Source: a virus. Taken from it: a DNA stretch of 64,000 bases. The stretch spans positions 96,001 through 160,000 of IMG/VR virus record IMGVR_UViG_3300017917_003388; one strand, given 5' to 3'. Under the pieces are notes generated by a model. It was not told the DNA's origin. It did not search any database and worked only from the letters and a program-made list of their open reading frames with translations. Shown in pieces: positions 20,731 through 30,425 of this stretch. Every line of letters starts with the position of its first letter. The first letter of the stretch is position 1. The position numbers and the translations under genes are program-made.

Positions 20731-20777
20731 TGTTTAATAAATTATTTTATTATAAATATATTAAATTATTCGAGGAA

Positions 20778-22097
20778 TTACAGTGTTAGTGTTCTTAAAA
20801 TACTTTCAGCTACATATAGACCTTGGCTTCCAGCTACAGTAATACCGCGAGCACTTAATGCATCACCTACAAAATGTATATTTGGATATTCAATTAATGA
20901 TAGATCATCATAATTTACTAGCGGTTCAGGACTTAAATATTTTACTTCAGGAATATATATACCCCAATCATCTCCGAATTCAAATACTTCATTCATTTGG
21001 TCAATAAAATCTTCAATATAGTTAAAATATTTCCCCATAGCTGATCTTACAGGAAATAAATCTATAATTTGAGTAGCTGATACTTCATTACCTTCAGAAG
21101 TTGTTGATACTTTTCTAGATGGTGAGTAATATAATCCTTTACCGTTTATTTGACACTTTTGAACAACTTCTCTTGACCATTCAAACGGATTTTCAATACC
21201 TTTAATTTCCATTAAAATACCAAAGTTAGTCATATCATTGCGATATTCTTCACCTTTTTTAGCATGACCATTGTAACTAATATCACCATAAGTCTCTTCA
21301 ACAGCCACATAAGCTGCATTATTGTTAGTACAGAATGAACGTAGAGATACGTTGTCAAATTTTTGATACAATTTAAAATCGTATGATACATCAATTAATT
21401 TCTGAAAATATTTTTGTGGTGCTTCAAAACGAACACCTATTTGTACTGATTTAGGTTCGGTTGGTAGTTTATAATCATCTGCTAATTGTTTACCAAAGTC
21501 AATTCCACTTTTACCAACTGCAAATATAATAGTATCTCCAAAGATTGTATTATACCATTCTTTATTATCTTCATTATAAGAATAAGTTAAATAATTAGTT
21601 TCAAAATTTATATTTTTTACTTCTGTTTCCCATAAAAAATTCACACCCTTACTTACAAGATAGTCATACCAACGTTTTCCTATTTCGTGTAAATAATCGG
21701 TACCAATGTGGTATACTGGAAATAAACGAAGACCGAAGTGAGGTTTAATAAAGTCAGGTTCGGATTGGGGATCTGATTTCATAATTTGGGAGGGATCTGG
21801 ATGGAATCTAGTTACCATTTGAATAACTTGGTCCATTAACTCCATTGCTTTTTCTTCACCACAATATTTACTTAATACACCCCCAATTGCTGTGTGGTAT
21901 GTAAGTTTACCATCGCTCCACAGACCACAACCCATAAATCCTGTCATTACTTCTTCAGGTTTACGAACGTATGGATCACTACCTTTATCAATAACCGTAA
22001 TTAATTCTCCAGGGTAACCATTATCTATTAATTTGGTAGCAGCATTGATACCTGCAACACCTGCTCCTACTATTACTATTTTTTTATTATCTTTCAT
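20778..22097 (-). CDS. FAD/NAD(P)-dependent oxidoreductase
   Basis: IVIVGAGVAG Rossmann motif, WSDGKL, HIGTD, IGVRFEAP, LRSFCTN and HFVGD..ARGI. Confidence 0.85.
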   Translation of the reverse strand: MKDNKKIVIVGAGVAGINAATKLIDNGYPGELITVIDKGSDPYVRKPEEVMTGFMGCGLWSDGKLTYHTAIGGVLSKYCGEEKAMELMDQVIQMVTRFHPDPSQIMKSDPQSEPDFIKPHFGLRLFPVYHIGTDYLHEIGKRWYDYLVSKGVNFLWETEVKNINFETNYLTYSYNEDNKEWYNTIFGDTIIFAVGKSGIDFGKQLADDYKLPTEPKSVQIGVRFEAPQKYFQKLIDVSYDFKLYQKFDNVSLRSFCTNNNAAYVAVEETYGDISYNGHAKKGEEYRNDMTNFGILMEIKGIENPFEWSREVVQKCQINGKGLYYSPSRKVSTTSEGNEVSATQIIDLFPVRSAMGKYFNYIEDFIDQMNEVFEFGDDWGIYIPEVKYLSPEPLVNYDDLSLIEYPNIHFVGDALSARGITVAGSQGLYVAESILRTLTL

Positions 22098-22117
22098 TTG
22101 ATTATTTAAATTTATAT

Positions 22118-22336
22118 CTAAAAGTTATTTACTGAATCCTGAAGTATAGTGATAATTTCTTCACGATTAACTAATCCACCTTCACCATCTATTATAATCA
22201 TATCTTCCATACCTTCATCTTTGATATGACGCATTAAATCATAATCAGACATTAAATTAGAATTATTATTTTTGTTTTTTTCTAATTGAGATTCAGATTT
22301 AGGAAATATTTTATCGATTTTTTTATTATTTTTCAT
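22118..22336 (-). CDS. Hypothetical protein
   Basis: Short ORF in operon context. Confidence 0.45.
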   Translation of the reverse strand: MKNNKKIDKIFPKSESQLEKNKNNNSNLMSDYDLMRHIKDEGMEDMIIIDGEGGLVNREEIITILQDSVNNF

Positions 22337-22688
22337 TTATATAATTAATTATTTTATATGGTTTATTTAATTGTTCACATAAAGAAAGAGCATGTTGTGT
22401 TCCCTTAGAAATACCATCCCAAAATGCAATAGCACAATCACAATTATTTATTATATCTTTATTTCGAATAATTCCTGCTTTTTTCCCATATTGTTCCCAA
22501 TCTGGAAGAAATATTAGTGTTTTAATGTTATTTTTAAGTGCCCATCTTTCTCCTAAAGAATCAGCACCTTTTGCAGCACCTGATATAACTAAAGATATTT
22601 TAGATTTATATGGTTCTAAAGATTTCTCCAATAAATCATAATTTGTAAAACTTCTACTACCAATTATTGCTAATTTTAATTTACCCAT
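22326..22688 (-). CDS. SLOG-family (YspA/DUF2493-like) protein
   Basis: IIGSRSF, ISGAAKGAD, GKKAGIIRN and AFWDGISKGT motifs. Confidence 0.85.
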   Translation of the reverse strand: MGKLKLAIIGSRSFTNYDLLEKSLEPYKSKISLVISGAAKGADSLGERWALKNNIKTLIFLPDWEQYGKKAGIIRNKDIINNCDCAIAFWDGISKGTQHALSLCEQLNKPYKIINYINEK

Positions 22689-23146
22689 TTTGGTTTGTTA
22701 TTTAGCTTTTTCCAATTTAATCCTTTAATTTTTACTTTATCATTAATATAAAAGTTTTTATAAGCCTCTATAGTATTTTGTTTCTTAAACTCTTCAGGCA
22801 TACATTGTGGAGGTTCTATAAACTCACTATTAGGCAAATTAGGTTCATTGTCTTTACACCACAATAATATTTGTTTAGTAGCATGTACTTTACCATAACG
22901 TTTTTCAAATTCATTACATATTTCTAATCCATGTTTTACAAGCCATCTGTAATGGTGTATAGATTGTCTAGTCCAAATAGTAGATGGGTGATTTTTGTGA
23001 GCACGTTTATATGGTGCTTCATTTCCTGTTTCCCAATGTGCTGTACAACACATTTGTGCACTTTCAATTTGCATCTTTCTAATATGATTATCTGCTAACT
23101 CACGAGCTGCTATAATCGGATCTTCATTAATATAAAATATATTCAT
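22676..23146 (-). CDS. Pyrimidine-dimer DNA glycosylase (DenV)-like protein
   Basis: MNIFY..DP..AA....D.HI.KM.IESAQM, HKNHPSTIW, RYGKVH and PPQCMP motifs. Confidence 0.75.
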   Translation of the reverse strand: MNIFYINEDPIIAARELADNHIRKMQIESAQMCCTAHWETGNEAPYKRAHKNHPSTIWTRQSIHHYRWLVKHGLEICNEFEKRYGKVHATKQILLWCKDNEPNLPNSEFIEPPQCMPEEFKKQNTIEAYKNFYINDKVKIKGLNWKKLNNKPKWVN

Positions 23147-23217
23147 AGATTTTATTTAGCAATAAAAATAAAAAAGACCTCTATGGAGGCCTAATTTTTT
23201 ATTTAAAGATAAAAAGC

Positions 23218-23505
23218 TTATAATCCAGCTAATTTCTGCATACGTGTAAATTCTTCATTTATCTGTTTTTTATTCATAGTTAATAAATTAATAACGTCAT
23301 CATTACTAATTATTCTACCATTTATTTTTTCCAAATTTTTAGTATGTTTGTTAAATACAGATGAATGATGATTTATTTTACAAAATATAGAGTATCCATT
23401 TGGATTAAATCTTTCAAAATAATAAGTATTAGGATCACCTTTGAATTTCAATGTAGCTCCTTTACCTATATTGTATTTGTAAATTGTTTTATTAAACGGA
23501 TGCAT
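23218..23505 (-). CDS. Hypothetical protein ending in the INEEFTRMQKLAGL motif
   Basis: ORF track; motif shared with the scaffold and other ORFs. Confidence 0.5.
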   Translation of the reverse strand: MHPFNKTIYKYNIGKGATLKFKGDPNTYYFERFNPNGYSIFCKINHHSSVFNKHTKNLEKINGRIISNDDVINLLTMNKKQINEEFTRMQKLAGL

Positions 23506-23514
23506 TTATCTAAT

Positions 23515-23958
23515 TTATAATAAACCAGCTCGTTTTTGCATACGAACAAATGATTCATTAATTTGCTCTTTAGTCTTTTTAGTTTCGGTTTCATTTATAT
23601 CTATATCAGAAGCTTCTGGAAGGATTTCATCTATTGTTTCTTGGGTTTCTTCTTTTTTAGATTCTGGTTTTGATGATTTTTTTGATTGCATTTTTTTCAA
23701 TTGCTTATCATATTTATCAGCGCTTTTTTTAAGCAATTTAATTTCAGATTCTAATTCTTTCATTTTTCCTTTATCAAGCATATCATGATATGCTTCATCA
23801 ATCCCTTCCATATTCATTTTTCGTTCACGTAATTCAATAGCTTCTTGAGTTTTAGCTATTTTAGCTTCTAAAGCAGCAATACTTCCTGCTTCATCAATTT
23901 CACGAATATATTCTTGAATTGATTCTTTAATAAGTTGTTTTAATTCAGTTGATTTCAT
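23515..23958 (-). CDS. Coiled-coil probable virion-internal protein
   Basis: N-terminal MKSTELKQLIKESI and C-terminal INESFVRMQKRAGLL. Confidence 0.55.
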   Translation of the reverse strand: MKSTELKQLIKESIQEYIREIDEAGSIAALEAKIAKTQEAIELRERKMNMEGIDEAYHDMLDKGKMKELESEIKLLKKSADKYDKQLKKMQSKKSSKPESKKEETQETIDEILPEASDIDINETETKKTKEQINESFVRMQKRAGLL

Positions 23959-24218
23959 TCTTCTATTTTTATTTTTAATGTATCTATTCCTTTTATGACT
24001 CTATGCCATATTTTTTCGGATATAAATATGTTAGTTCCCTTTTTAAGTTCAATAGGTAATTCATTATCTTTTTGAAAATACCATCCATTACCTTCTAATA
24101 CAGTTATTTTACGAGATTTAAGATCTCGATGCCACATTAATTCAATAGGATTTACATTTTCATCAAATTCACGAATAATATATCTATCTGTAATTTCTAT
24201 GTCTGTATATGGTTTCAT
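23955..24218 (-). CDS. Small cupin-like protein
   Basis: WHRD...VLEG.GW.FQ...WHRVIKG cupin-type His motifs. Confidence 0.6.
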   Translation of the reverse strand: MKPYTDIEITDRYIIREFDENVNPIELMWHRDLKSRKITVLEGNGWYFQKDNELPIELKKGTNIFISEKIWHRVIKGIDTLKIKIEE

Positions 24219-24774
24219 TTAATGATGATTTTAAAGCATTGACTGTATCAGTATACAATCTTTTATTTTCAGAAGCCCAATTTGGAAAACGATCTTCATA
24301 TTTTTCATAAAAATTTTTGAATTTTTGAAGTTTAATTGGTCCTTCATATTCAAATATTTCATTTTGATCTAGAGTAAAATTGATTTTATCTTTATTTGAT
24401 CTAATTAATTTAGAAAAAATATCCTTATATATAGGATCATCAGACATAGAATTAACAAATTTCAAATAATCTATTAATCCCATTCTTTCTTTTCGTAGAT
24501 CATTCATTACTAAAGTATGCTCTTCTCTATTTAAAGAATTTAAATCTGGAGCAAATGAATAAGGAACATAGTTAAAAAATTTGATTCCTAGTTTTTCTAA
24601 TTCATTATCTTCTTTCAAATTCTTCCAAATATCACCCTGACGACATCTAACAATTTGACCTGATCTATATGCTGATGACTTTTTGTTTTTGCGTCTAGCA
24701 ATACGAAGACAACGATCTGCTTTTTTCTTTTCTTCTAAAAGAATATTTTTTAATAATCCAATTAAACTAATCAT
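24184..24774 (-). CDS. Hypothetical protein
   Basis: Basic SSAYRSGQIVRCR segment after an LLEE leader. Confidence 0.5.
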   Translation of the reverse strand: MISLIGLLKNILLEEKKKADRCLRIARRKNKKSSAYRSGQIVRCRQGDIWKNLKEDNELEKLGIKFFNYVPYSFAPDLNSLNREEHTLVMNDLRKERMGLIDYLKFVNSMSDDPIYKDIFSKLIRSNKDKINFTLDQNEIFEYEGPIKLQKFKNFYEKYEDRFPNWASENKRLYTDTVNALKSSLNETIYRHRNYR

Positions 24775-25148
24775 ATTCCAATATTAATTAATTGGGGGTT
24801 ATCAACTTTGAATTTAATTATACCTTTGATTGAATTAATCGAGTTTACAATTTTATTTAAAGTTTCAATTGTAAATTGTTCTCCATCTTTAATATAAGGA
24901 TAAGGATCAATTTTTACAGTTAATATATCATATTCACGTCCTTTTTTAGGTAAACGAGGAGTATATTCTCTAGTATCTACGGTTGTTATACCTGGGATTG
25001 ACCTTATATCAGATAGAATTTGAGATTGGGTTTTTTTATCAGTATCGGTAATTAAATGTCCTTCCAATTTATATAATTTAGAAGCAGAATCTTCACGTAT
25101 TAAACGTAATTCTTCTTGAATAAGTTGTTTAAGGTCTGAAATTTTCAT
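24771..25148 (-). CDS. Hypothetical protein with an MKxxxLKQLIxEE leader
   Basis: ORF track; leader motif shared with other ORFs. Confidence 0.5.
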   Translation of the reverse strand: MKISDLKQLIQEELRLIREDSASKLYKLEGHLITDTDKKTQSQILSDIRSIPGITTVDTREYTPRLPKKGREYDILTVKIDPYPYIKDGEQFTIETLNKIVNSINSIKGIIKFKVDNPQLINIGI

Positions 25149-25163
25149 ATTACCACATTGCTA

Positions 25164-25793
25164 TTATACATATTGCGCTTTATATTGCTTATTCTTAATA
25201 GTTTGAGCTTTTCCAATAAGTTGACATCTTACTGTTTCTGGATTTATTTGGAGATCAATAGCTAGGTCATAGTAATTAGAATAAGTTTTAATATATTCTC
25301 CAGATATTGTATATAAAGCTACTTGTTTTCCATTTCCCTTATTGGGACTTATCCTACCCTTATGGGCTTCTGAGACTCCTGGTTTTAAGATTCCTTTCCC
25401 TCCTCCTTTAGGATTTGGGATTCCTTTTCTTTCTTTACTCCATTTATGTTTTTGTTCAAATGAATGTTTAGCAACACCTGTTAATTTTTCACTAATTATT
25501 TTTTTGGTTTCTTCTTTATGAAGATTATTTCCTTTAGCATCATTAGTTAAATTATAAAATAATGGATTTGTTGAAGCATGAAAGTATTCTAACCATTGAG
25601 ATTCTATATCACGGGCATCTCCTTCACCTTGCCAAAGTATATCTCTTGTAAAATTGTTTTTACCGTATTTTTTTAGAGCATCTTTTATTACTTTACCACT
25701 ACCATAATAATTTTCGTCAATTTGAGATTTTCGAGAGGAACCAATATACTTTTTTCCATTAATTTTATTGGTTATAATATAAACATATGTCAT
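25164..25793 (-). CDS. GIY-YIG homing endonuclease with NUMOD3-like repeats
   Basis: YVYIITNKINGKKYIGS, YYGSG, KYGKNNF and HKEETKKIISE. The start is probably at 25793 (MTYVY), just downstream of an ATATTTATA box at 25806-25814. Confidence 0.85.
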   Translation of the reverse strand: MTYVYIITNKINGKKYIGSSRKSQIDENYYGSGKVIKDALKKYGKNNFTRDILWQGEGDARDIESQWLEYFHASTNPLFYNLTNDAKGNNLHKEETKKIISEKLTGVAKHSFEQKHKWSKERKGIPNPKGGGKGILKPGVSEAHKGRISPNKGNGKQVALYTISGEYIKTYSNYYDLAIDLQINPETVRCQLIGKAQTIKNKQYKAQYV

Positions 25794-25830
25794 ATTTTGT
25801 TTTATTATAAATATTGGTAGGGCCGTCCCT

Positions 25831-26511
25831 TTACCAAAAACCACTATAAGAACTTTTTAATCCTAAAAGTTTGGAAAAGCGAGGAAGTCTACATGACCAA
25901 TATCGCGCACTAGTTTTAGATTCTCCAGTACCACATCTATGTCGTTTAGCAAAAGCTCGCCTAGCTTTAGGATCATTAATTTTTACAGATAAACCAGTTG
26001 TATCTCCAAAACTAACTTTTTTAATTTTTTTAGTTTTTGGATCACGAACATATACATAAAATTTTTTAGAACCACCACGTTTTGGTTTTCCAATTGGTGG
26101 GTTTTTCTTTTTATCTTTAGATTCTTCTAATTCCTCTTCCTCCAACATAGGTAAGTCTAAAGGTACTTTTTTACCTTCATACATTCCATACTCACCTAAA
26201 TTAGTTTCGAATAATATTTCTTTATCTAGATCATTTACATAAATAGCATTACGAGAATATAAATAACGAGCTTCAGCCCATAAATCTAAAAATGCATCTG
26301 AGCCGTATCTAAATGTATTTTCTGTAAGAGCTACTTTGTTATCAATATGATATTTCATATTTTCAGACATTATAATTCTTGATGATATATTTTCATTAAG
26401 AATTGGACCAGGATTTCCTACATTTTCACATGTATTACATCCACAACTACATTTATGTTGTGTAGTTTGTTTTATTAATATTTCTCTTATTATTTTTCTT
26501 ATATTTTCCAT
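25831..26511 (-). CDS. Hypothetical virion-associated protein with a basic C-terminal domain
   Basis: KKFYVYV...VSFGD...ARRAFAKRHRC...ARYWSC after an acidic LEE linker. Confidence 0.55.
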   Translation of the reverse strand: MENIRKIIREILIKQTTQHKCSCGCNTCENVGNPGPILNENISSRIIMSENMKYHIDNKVALTENTFRYGSDAFLDLWAEARYLYSRNAIYVNDLDKEILFETNLGEYGMYEGKKVPLDLPMLEEEELEESKDKKKNPPIGKPKRGGSKKFYVYVRDPKTKKIKKVSFGDTTGLSVKINDPKARRAFAKRHRCGTGESKTSARYWSCRLPRFSKLLGLKSSYSGFW

Positions 26512-26522
26512 GAATATAAATA

Positions 26523-27521
26523 TTATTTAATTTTGATGAATTTATCTTTTTTCAATTCATATACATTGGAAGATTTATGAGCAGTAGATTTAGTCATAAC
26601 TATCGCTTCGTTATTTTTGATATTAAACATATTTCTGTCTGCTCTATAACCAGCAGTTAAATATGGGTAATACATATTTTTTGGGATAGATGGAGGAATA
26701 TAACTATGTTCAGCAGTTAATTTATATATGTTTTTATATATGTTGTGTAAATTTATATTACCTTGTAATATTATGTTTATATTATCTGGCCCATGATTTT
26801 CATTACCATATTCTGAACCATATATTAACTTATGAATTAAATTTATATTTTTTAATTTATAAATAAATCGAGTTTGGTTTGGAACCCCATCTAAACTATT
26901 TAAATATATAAAATCATTTAATCTATCATTAAAGTATAATACTTCAAGATCATTGTTATATCTAGTGTATCCACTCCATCTAATAAAATCATCGGGGGAA
27001 GGACCATGGATTCCTGCTTTTTTATGGGAAATAAATATAACAGGTTCATTTGATGTGTTTATTATATTAAAATCAGATTTTGGAGTACCAGATTGGGATA
27101 TAGCTTTATGTACATATTTGTATTTTTTATTTTTTATTAATACATCTATATACCCCCCATGTTTATTAATTAATTCATATAATTTTAAATTTAATAAATT
27201 CAAATTATAATCTTCAACTACTGTTCCTGAACCTGTACCTTTTCCACCAAAAGATTGATCTTTAGTTAGATCTGAAATGGAATATTGAGTTTGAATGTCT
27301 GTAAAAAATGGGAATTTATTAATAGGATGAAACATATGTTTACATGTTATTATTTTTTTATTTAGAAAAAGATCTAAATATTCATCTCTATCAAATTTTA
27401 ATATTTTATTCTCTCCATTAACTAAATTAAATGGAATCTCATTTATTATTTTATTCGATAAAATATCAAAACGATATCCTCCCCTTTTACTTAAATCATA
27501 AATGGTTAAAGGTTTAAACAT
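26523..27521 (-). CDS. Possible PD-(D/E)XK restriction-like nuclease
   Basis: Spacing of E-helix (TVVEDY), TPKSDF and FISHKK resembles variant PD-(D/E)XK cores. Confidence 0.4.
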   Translation of the reverse strand: MFKPLTIYDLSKRGGYRFDILSNKIINEIPFNLVNGENKILKFDRDEYLDLFLNKKIITCKHMFHPINKFPFFTDIQTQYSISDLTKDQSFGGKGTGSGTVVEDYNLNLLNLKLYELINKHGGYIDVLIKNKKYKYVHKAISQSGTPKSDFNIINTSNEPVIFISHKKAGIHGPSPDDFIRWSGYTRYNNDLEVLYFNDRLNDFIYLNSLDGVPNQTRFIYKLKNINLIHKLIYGSEYGNENHGPDNINIILQGNINLHNIYKNIYKLTAEHSYIPPSIPKNMYYPYLTAGYRADRNMFNIKNNEAIVMTKSTAHKSSNVYELKKDKFIKIK

Positions 27522-27534
27522 TTTTATAACTAAT

Positions 27535-28065
27535 TTATTCGCTAATTTCTTCTTCTGATCCTAAATCATCTTTAGGTAATTCATTTTGATTAATATCTTC
27601 AGGAGAAGAAACAGGTTGTTCTTGTGATTGTGATGATGGTGTTATTTTTTCTTTATTGACTTCGGATTTGGCTCCATATGATAAAATTCGAGCAATAGAT
27701 TCAATACAATTTTGCTCTTCACTTAAATTTAATAAGTAATATTTTTTACCCTCAACTTTACCAATCCATGTTCTATCAGTGTATATTAAATAAAATGGTT
27801 GTTCATTAGCTAATACTATTCTAAAAGTAGTAGGTCTAGGAGCTACCCATTCTATATCTTTTATAAATAATTCATATTGTTCTGTTAACAATAATATAAT
27901 AACATCTTTAAGAGTAGGAAATTTGACTAATACTGGAAAGCGAGTTGTGTCTAAAGATATAGAAGTAGATGTATCTAAGTCTATATTTTTAGTTTTATTA
28001 TCAATAACATTGTTATATATTGATTTTATTTTTTCTTTTAATTCTCGTTTATTCATATTAATCAA
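27535..28065 (-). CDS. Hypothetical protein
   Basis: ORF track, operon context. Confidence 0.5.
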   Translation of the reverse strand: MINMNKRELKEKIKSIYNNVIDNKTKNIDLDTSTSISLDTTRFPVLVKFPTLKDVIILLLTEQYELFIKDIEWVAPRPTTFRIVLANEQPFYLIYTDRTWIGKVEGKKYYLLNLSEEQNCIESIARILSYGAKSEVNKEKITPSSQSQEQPVSSPEDINQNELPKDDLGSEEEISE

Positions 28066-28567
28066 GTTTTATATATGGTGATACTATACTTTCATAATCA
28101 CTCATATTTAAAATATCTTTGGATTTAGATAATTGTATGATATTTTCTAACACAAAATGTAAATCAAGATCATTATGTGCATCTTCTCTAGAATATTCCA
28201 TTATTCTTATTAATAAAGGAATAGATAAACTAATATATTCTTTGAATTGATTTTTTGATTCTTCATTTTCTTTTTTAAATATATCTAAAGAAGGTGATGA
28301 TATAATCGATCTTGATTTAATATAATCAACTGAATTTATATCATCATCTACTTCTTCTGATTTTTTTATGGGAGATGATAAAACTGTTTTTATAGTTTCT
28401 TTAATTTTTAGTTTATCTTGCTTATCTACCATATTTTTAGCTAAAGTAATAGCTCTCCCCATCATTACCTTTTCAGCATCAGCACCATATTTTGAAACAA
28501 AATCTCTTTTATTTTGTTTATATTGATTATATAACTGATTCTTAATTGATAATTCTCTGGGGTTCAT
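28058..28567 (-). CDS. Hypothetical protein
   Basis: ORF track, operon context. Confidence 0.5.
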   Translation of the reverse strand: MNPRELSIKNQLYNQYKQNKRDFVSKYGADAEKVMMGRAITLAKNMVDKQDKLKIKETIKTVLSSPIKKSEEVDDDINSVDYIKSRSIISSPSLDIFKKENEESKNQFKEYISLSIPLLIRIMEYSREDAHNDLDLHFVLENIIQLSKSKDILNMSDYESIVSPYIKLD

Positions 28568-28584
28568 TTGGGGAGTTTTAAAAA

Positions 28585-28758
28585 TTATTTACTTTTACTT
28601 TCAGCTACTGATGCTTTGTTATAAGCTGAAATTAGTTTTTTTAATTCACTTAAAGCTTTACGAGTTTTAGCTTTATTAGTTTTAAATTTACCTTCATGGT
28701 TTTCTTTTGCGGTTTCATATAACCCACTAATTTGTTCAAATAGTTCTTGTGTGTTCAT
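28585..28758 (-). CDS. Histone H1-like (Hc1-type, Bacteroides family) nucleoid protein, 57 aa
   Basis: Not in the ORF track. MNTQELFEQISGLYETAKENHEGKFKTNKAKTRKALSELKKLISAYNKASVAESKSK resembles the NKAAxxRARKAxxEL..L...YRKASV pattern. Confidence 0.65.
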   Translation of the reverse strand: MNTQELFEQISGLYETAKENHEGKFKTNKAKTRKALSELKKLISAYNKASVAESKSK

Positions 28759-28789
28759 AGATATTTAGTTTTTATTTGTTTATTATTTG

Positions 28790-29209
28790 TTATTCATTTA
28801 TGTTTTGTTGTTGTCCTACAACTTGTGTTCTAACAAGCATTGTGATGGTATTACCAATTTGGTTTATTAATTTTTCATCTCCTAATTGTTGAGCATTTGC
28901 CATAGCCTTATTTAGAGAATCTTGAATTGCTTTTATATTTGGGTTTATATCTACTTCAGATGGAGTATCATCTTGAGATACATCTTGGTTATCTACACTG
29001 TCATCAGTATTAGTAATGTCTTCAATATCTATATCTTCTTGAGGAGCTACATCTTTTTTTTTCTTTTTAGATTCACCTAAAGACTTATGAATTAAACCTT
29101 TAATTGTATCTTTAAGATTATTAGATTCATTTAATGTATCATAATGTTTTATTGCAGGAATAGTTTCTCCAAAAGCTAATTTCTGCATATGTTCAAATTG
29201 TTTCATCAT
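28790..29209 (-). CDS. Probable virion-internal protein
   Basis: N-terminal QFEHMQKLAFG resembles the scaffold C-terminus; LNE/LGE/INE sites. Confidence 0.5.
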   Translation of the reverse strand: MMKQFEHMQKLAFGETIPAIKHYDTLNESNNLKDTIKGLIHKSLGESKKKKKDVAPQEDIDIEDITNTDDSVDNQDVSQDDTPSEVDINPNIKAIQDSLNKAMANAQQLGDEKLINQIGNTITMLVRTQVVGQQQNINE

Positions 29210-29234
29210 TTAATTTATAATAATAAATATTGTA

Positions 29235-29852
29235 TTATCTTTTTCCGTGTAAATATTTAGTTAAAATAGCACCTATTACTCCTAATTTTTGTCTTATTAA
29301 CACCCATTCTTCGTAAGATAATTTATGTTCTTTATTATAATAAGATATAGTAAGAGTACCTATAAAATTATCATGGATGTCTTTTATAGCTAATAAATAA
29401 AATGATTTAGTTTTATATTTTTTACCTTTTACCTGGAATAACCCACAATCTAGATCATTATTTGAACATTCTGGTATGCTTATTTCTCCATTTTTATATA
29501 CTAATGAAAATGTCTTTGGATATAAAGATACAGGAATGTTTTGGAATATATTTTTTATAGATTGAACTTTAGATGAAATTCGTTCATAGAATATACTAAA
29601 TTTTTTTATTGAAGTTCCTGTGGGGAAAAAATGACCACCATTGTGAAATTGAGATAAACATATTCTATCACAACTAAGTTCTTCTTGTAATATTTCTAGC
29701 TGTTTATCTATTTTTTCGTCAGTATTTATTGATTCACCTAATATATCTTTATTACTACTAAATTTATTTTTAGCCCATTCTACTAATATTGGTCCAAATA
29801 CAGAAGTTATCAAAGCAATAGCTATAGTTAGGATAGCATTTATTTTGTCCAT
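29235..29852 (-). CDS. Membrane protein with a GAF-like domain (holin-like)
   Basis: N-terminal TM segment, then DRICLSQFHNGG..KFSIFYE..IGTLTISY; topology like the T4 holin T. Confidence 0.5.
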   Translation of the reverse strand: MDKINAILTIAIALITSVFGPILVEWAKNKFSSNKDILGESINTDEKIDKQLEILQEELSCDRICLSQFHNGGHFFPTGTSIKKFSIFYERISSKVQSIKNIFQNIPVSLYPKTFSLVYKNGEISIPECSNNDLDCGLFQVKGKKYKTKSFYLLAIKDIHDNFIGTLTISYYNKEHKLSYEEWVLIRQKLGVIGAILTKYLHGKR

Positions 29853-29855
29853 AAT

Positions 29856-30425
29856 TTATTTTTTAAGAGATTGCAAATATTTTATTGTTTCATCTTTATT
29901 TTGTAACAATTTTTGTTTTGCAGAACCATTCCATATTTCTATATCACCATTTTCAGAAATAAATGAATCATTTGAAGTATTTATTAATTCATTTATCCAC
30001 ACATTGTAATCTTCTATAACATGATCTATATCTGAGTTTAGTATGTTTTTTTCATATTCTTCCCATAATCCTAATTTACGTAAATTTGTTTCAAAATCTA
30101 TTTGACAATTAAAACATCTTTTATATTGAATATAAAATAATTTATCATATTTGTGTTTCATTAAATTTTTACAACAAGAACAAAATATTGGAACATTTAT
30201 CAATTTTTTAGCAGAATCTAACTTTGTTATATTTTGTTTTATACCATTTTTTATAGTCCATTGTCTTCCATCTTCTTCCCAAATATCTCCTTCAATATAG
30301 AATTCTTTTTTCTTTTCATATCCTACACTTAAATTAGTTTTTTCAGTTTCGTTTCCTGTTATAAGATTACGAAGACGTCTAACATCTTGATGTTTAAAAT
30401 TTTTAGATAATATACTATTTGACAT
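29856..30425 (-). CDS. Hypothetical zinc-binding protein
   Basis: CSCC and CFNC motifs. Confidence 0.5.
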   Translation of the reverse strand: MSNSILSKNFKHQDVRRLRNLITGNETEKTNLSVGYEKKKEFYIEGDIWEEDGRQWTIKNGIKQNITKLDSAKKLINVPIFCSCCKNLMKHKYDKLFYIQYKRCFNCQIDFETNLRKLGLWEEYEKNILNSDIDHVIEDYNVWINELINTSNDSFISENGDIEIWNGSAKQKLLQNKDETIKYLQSLKK

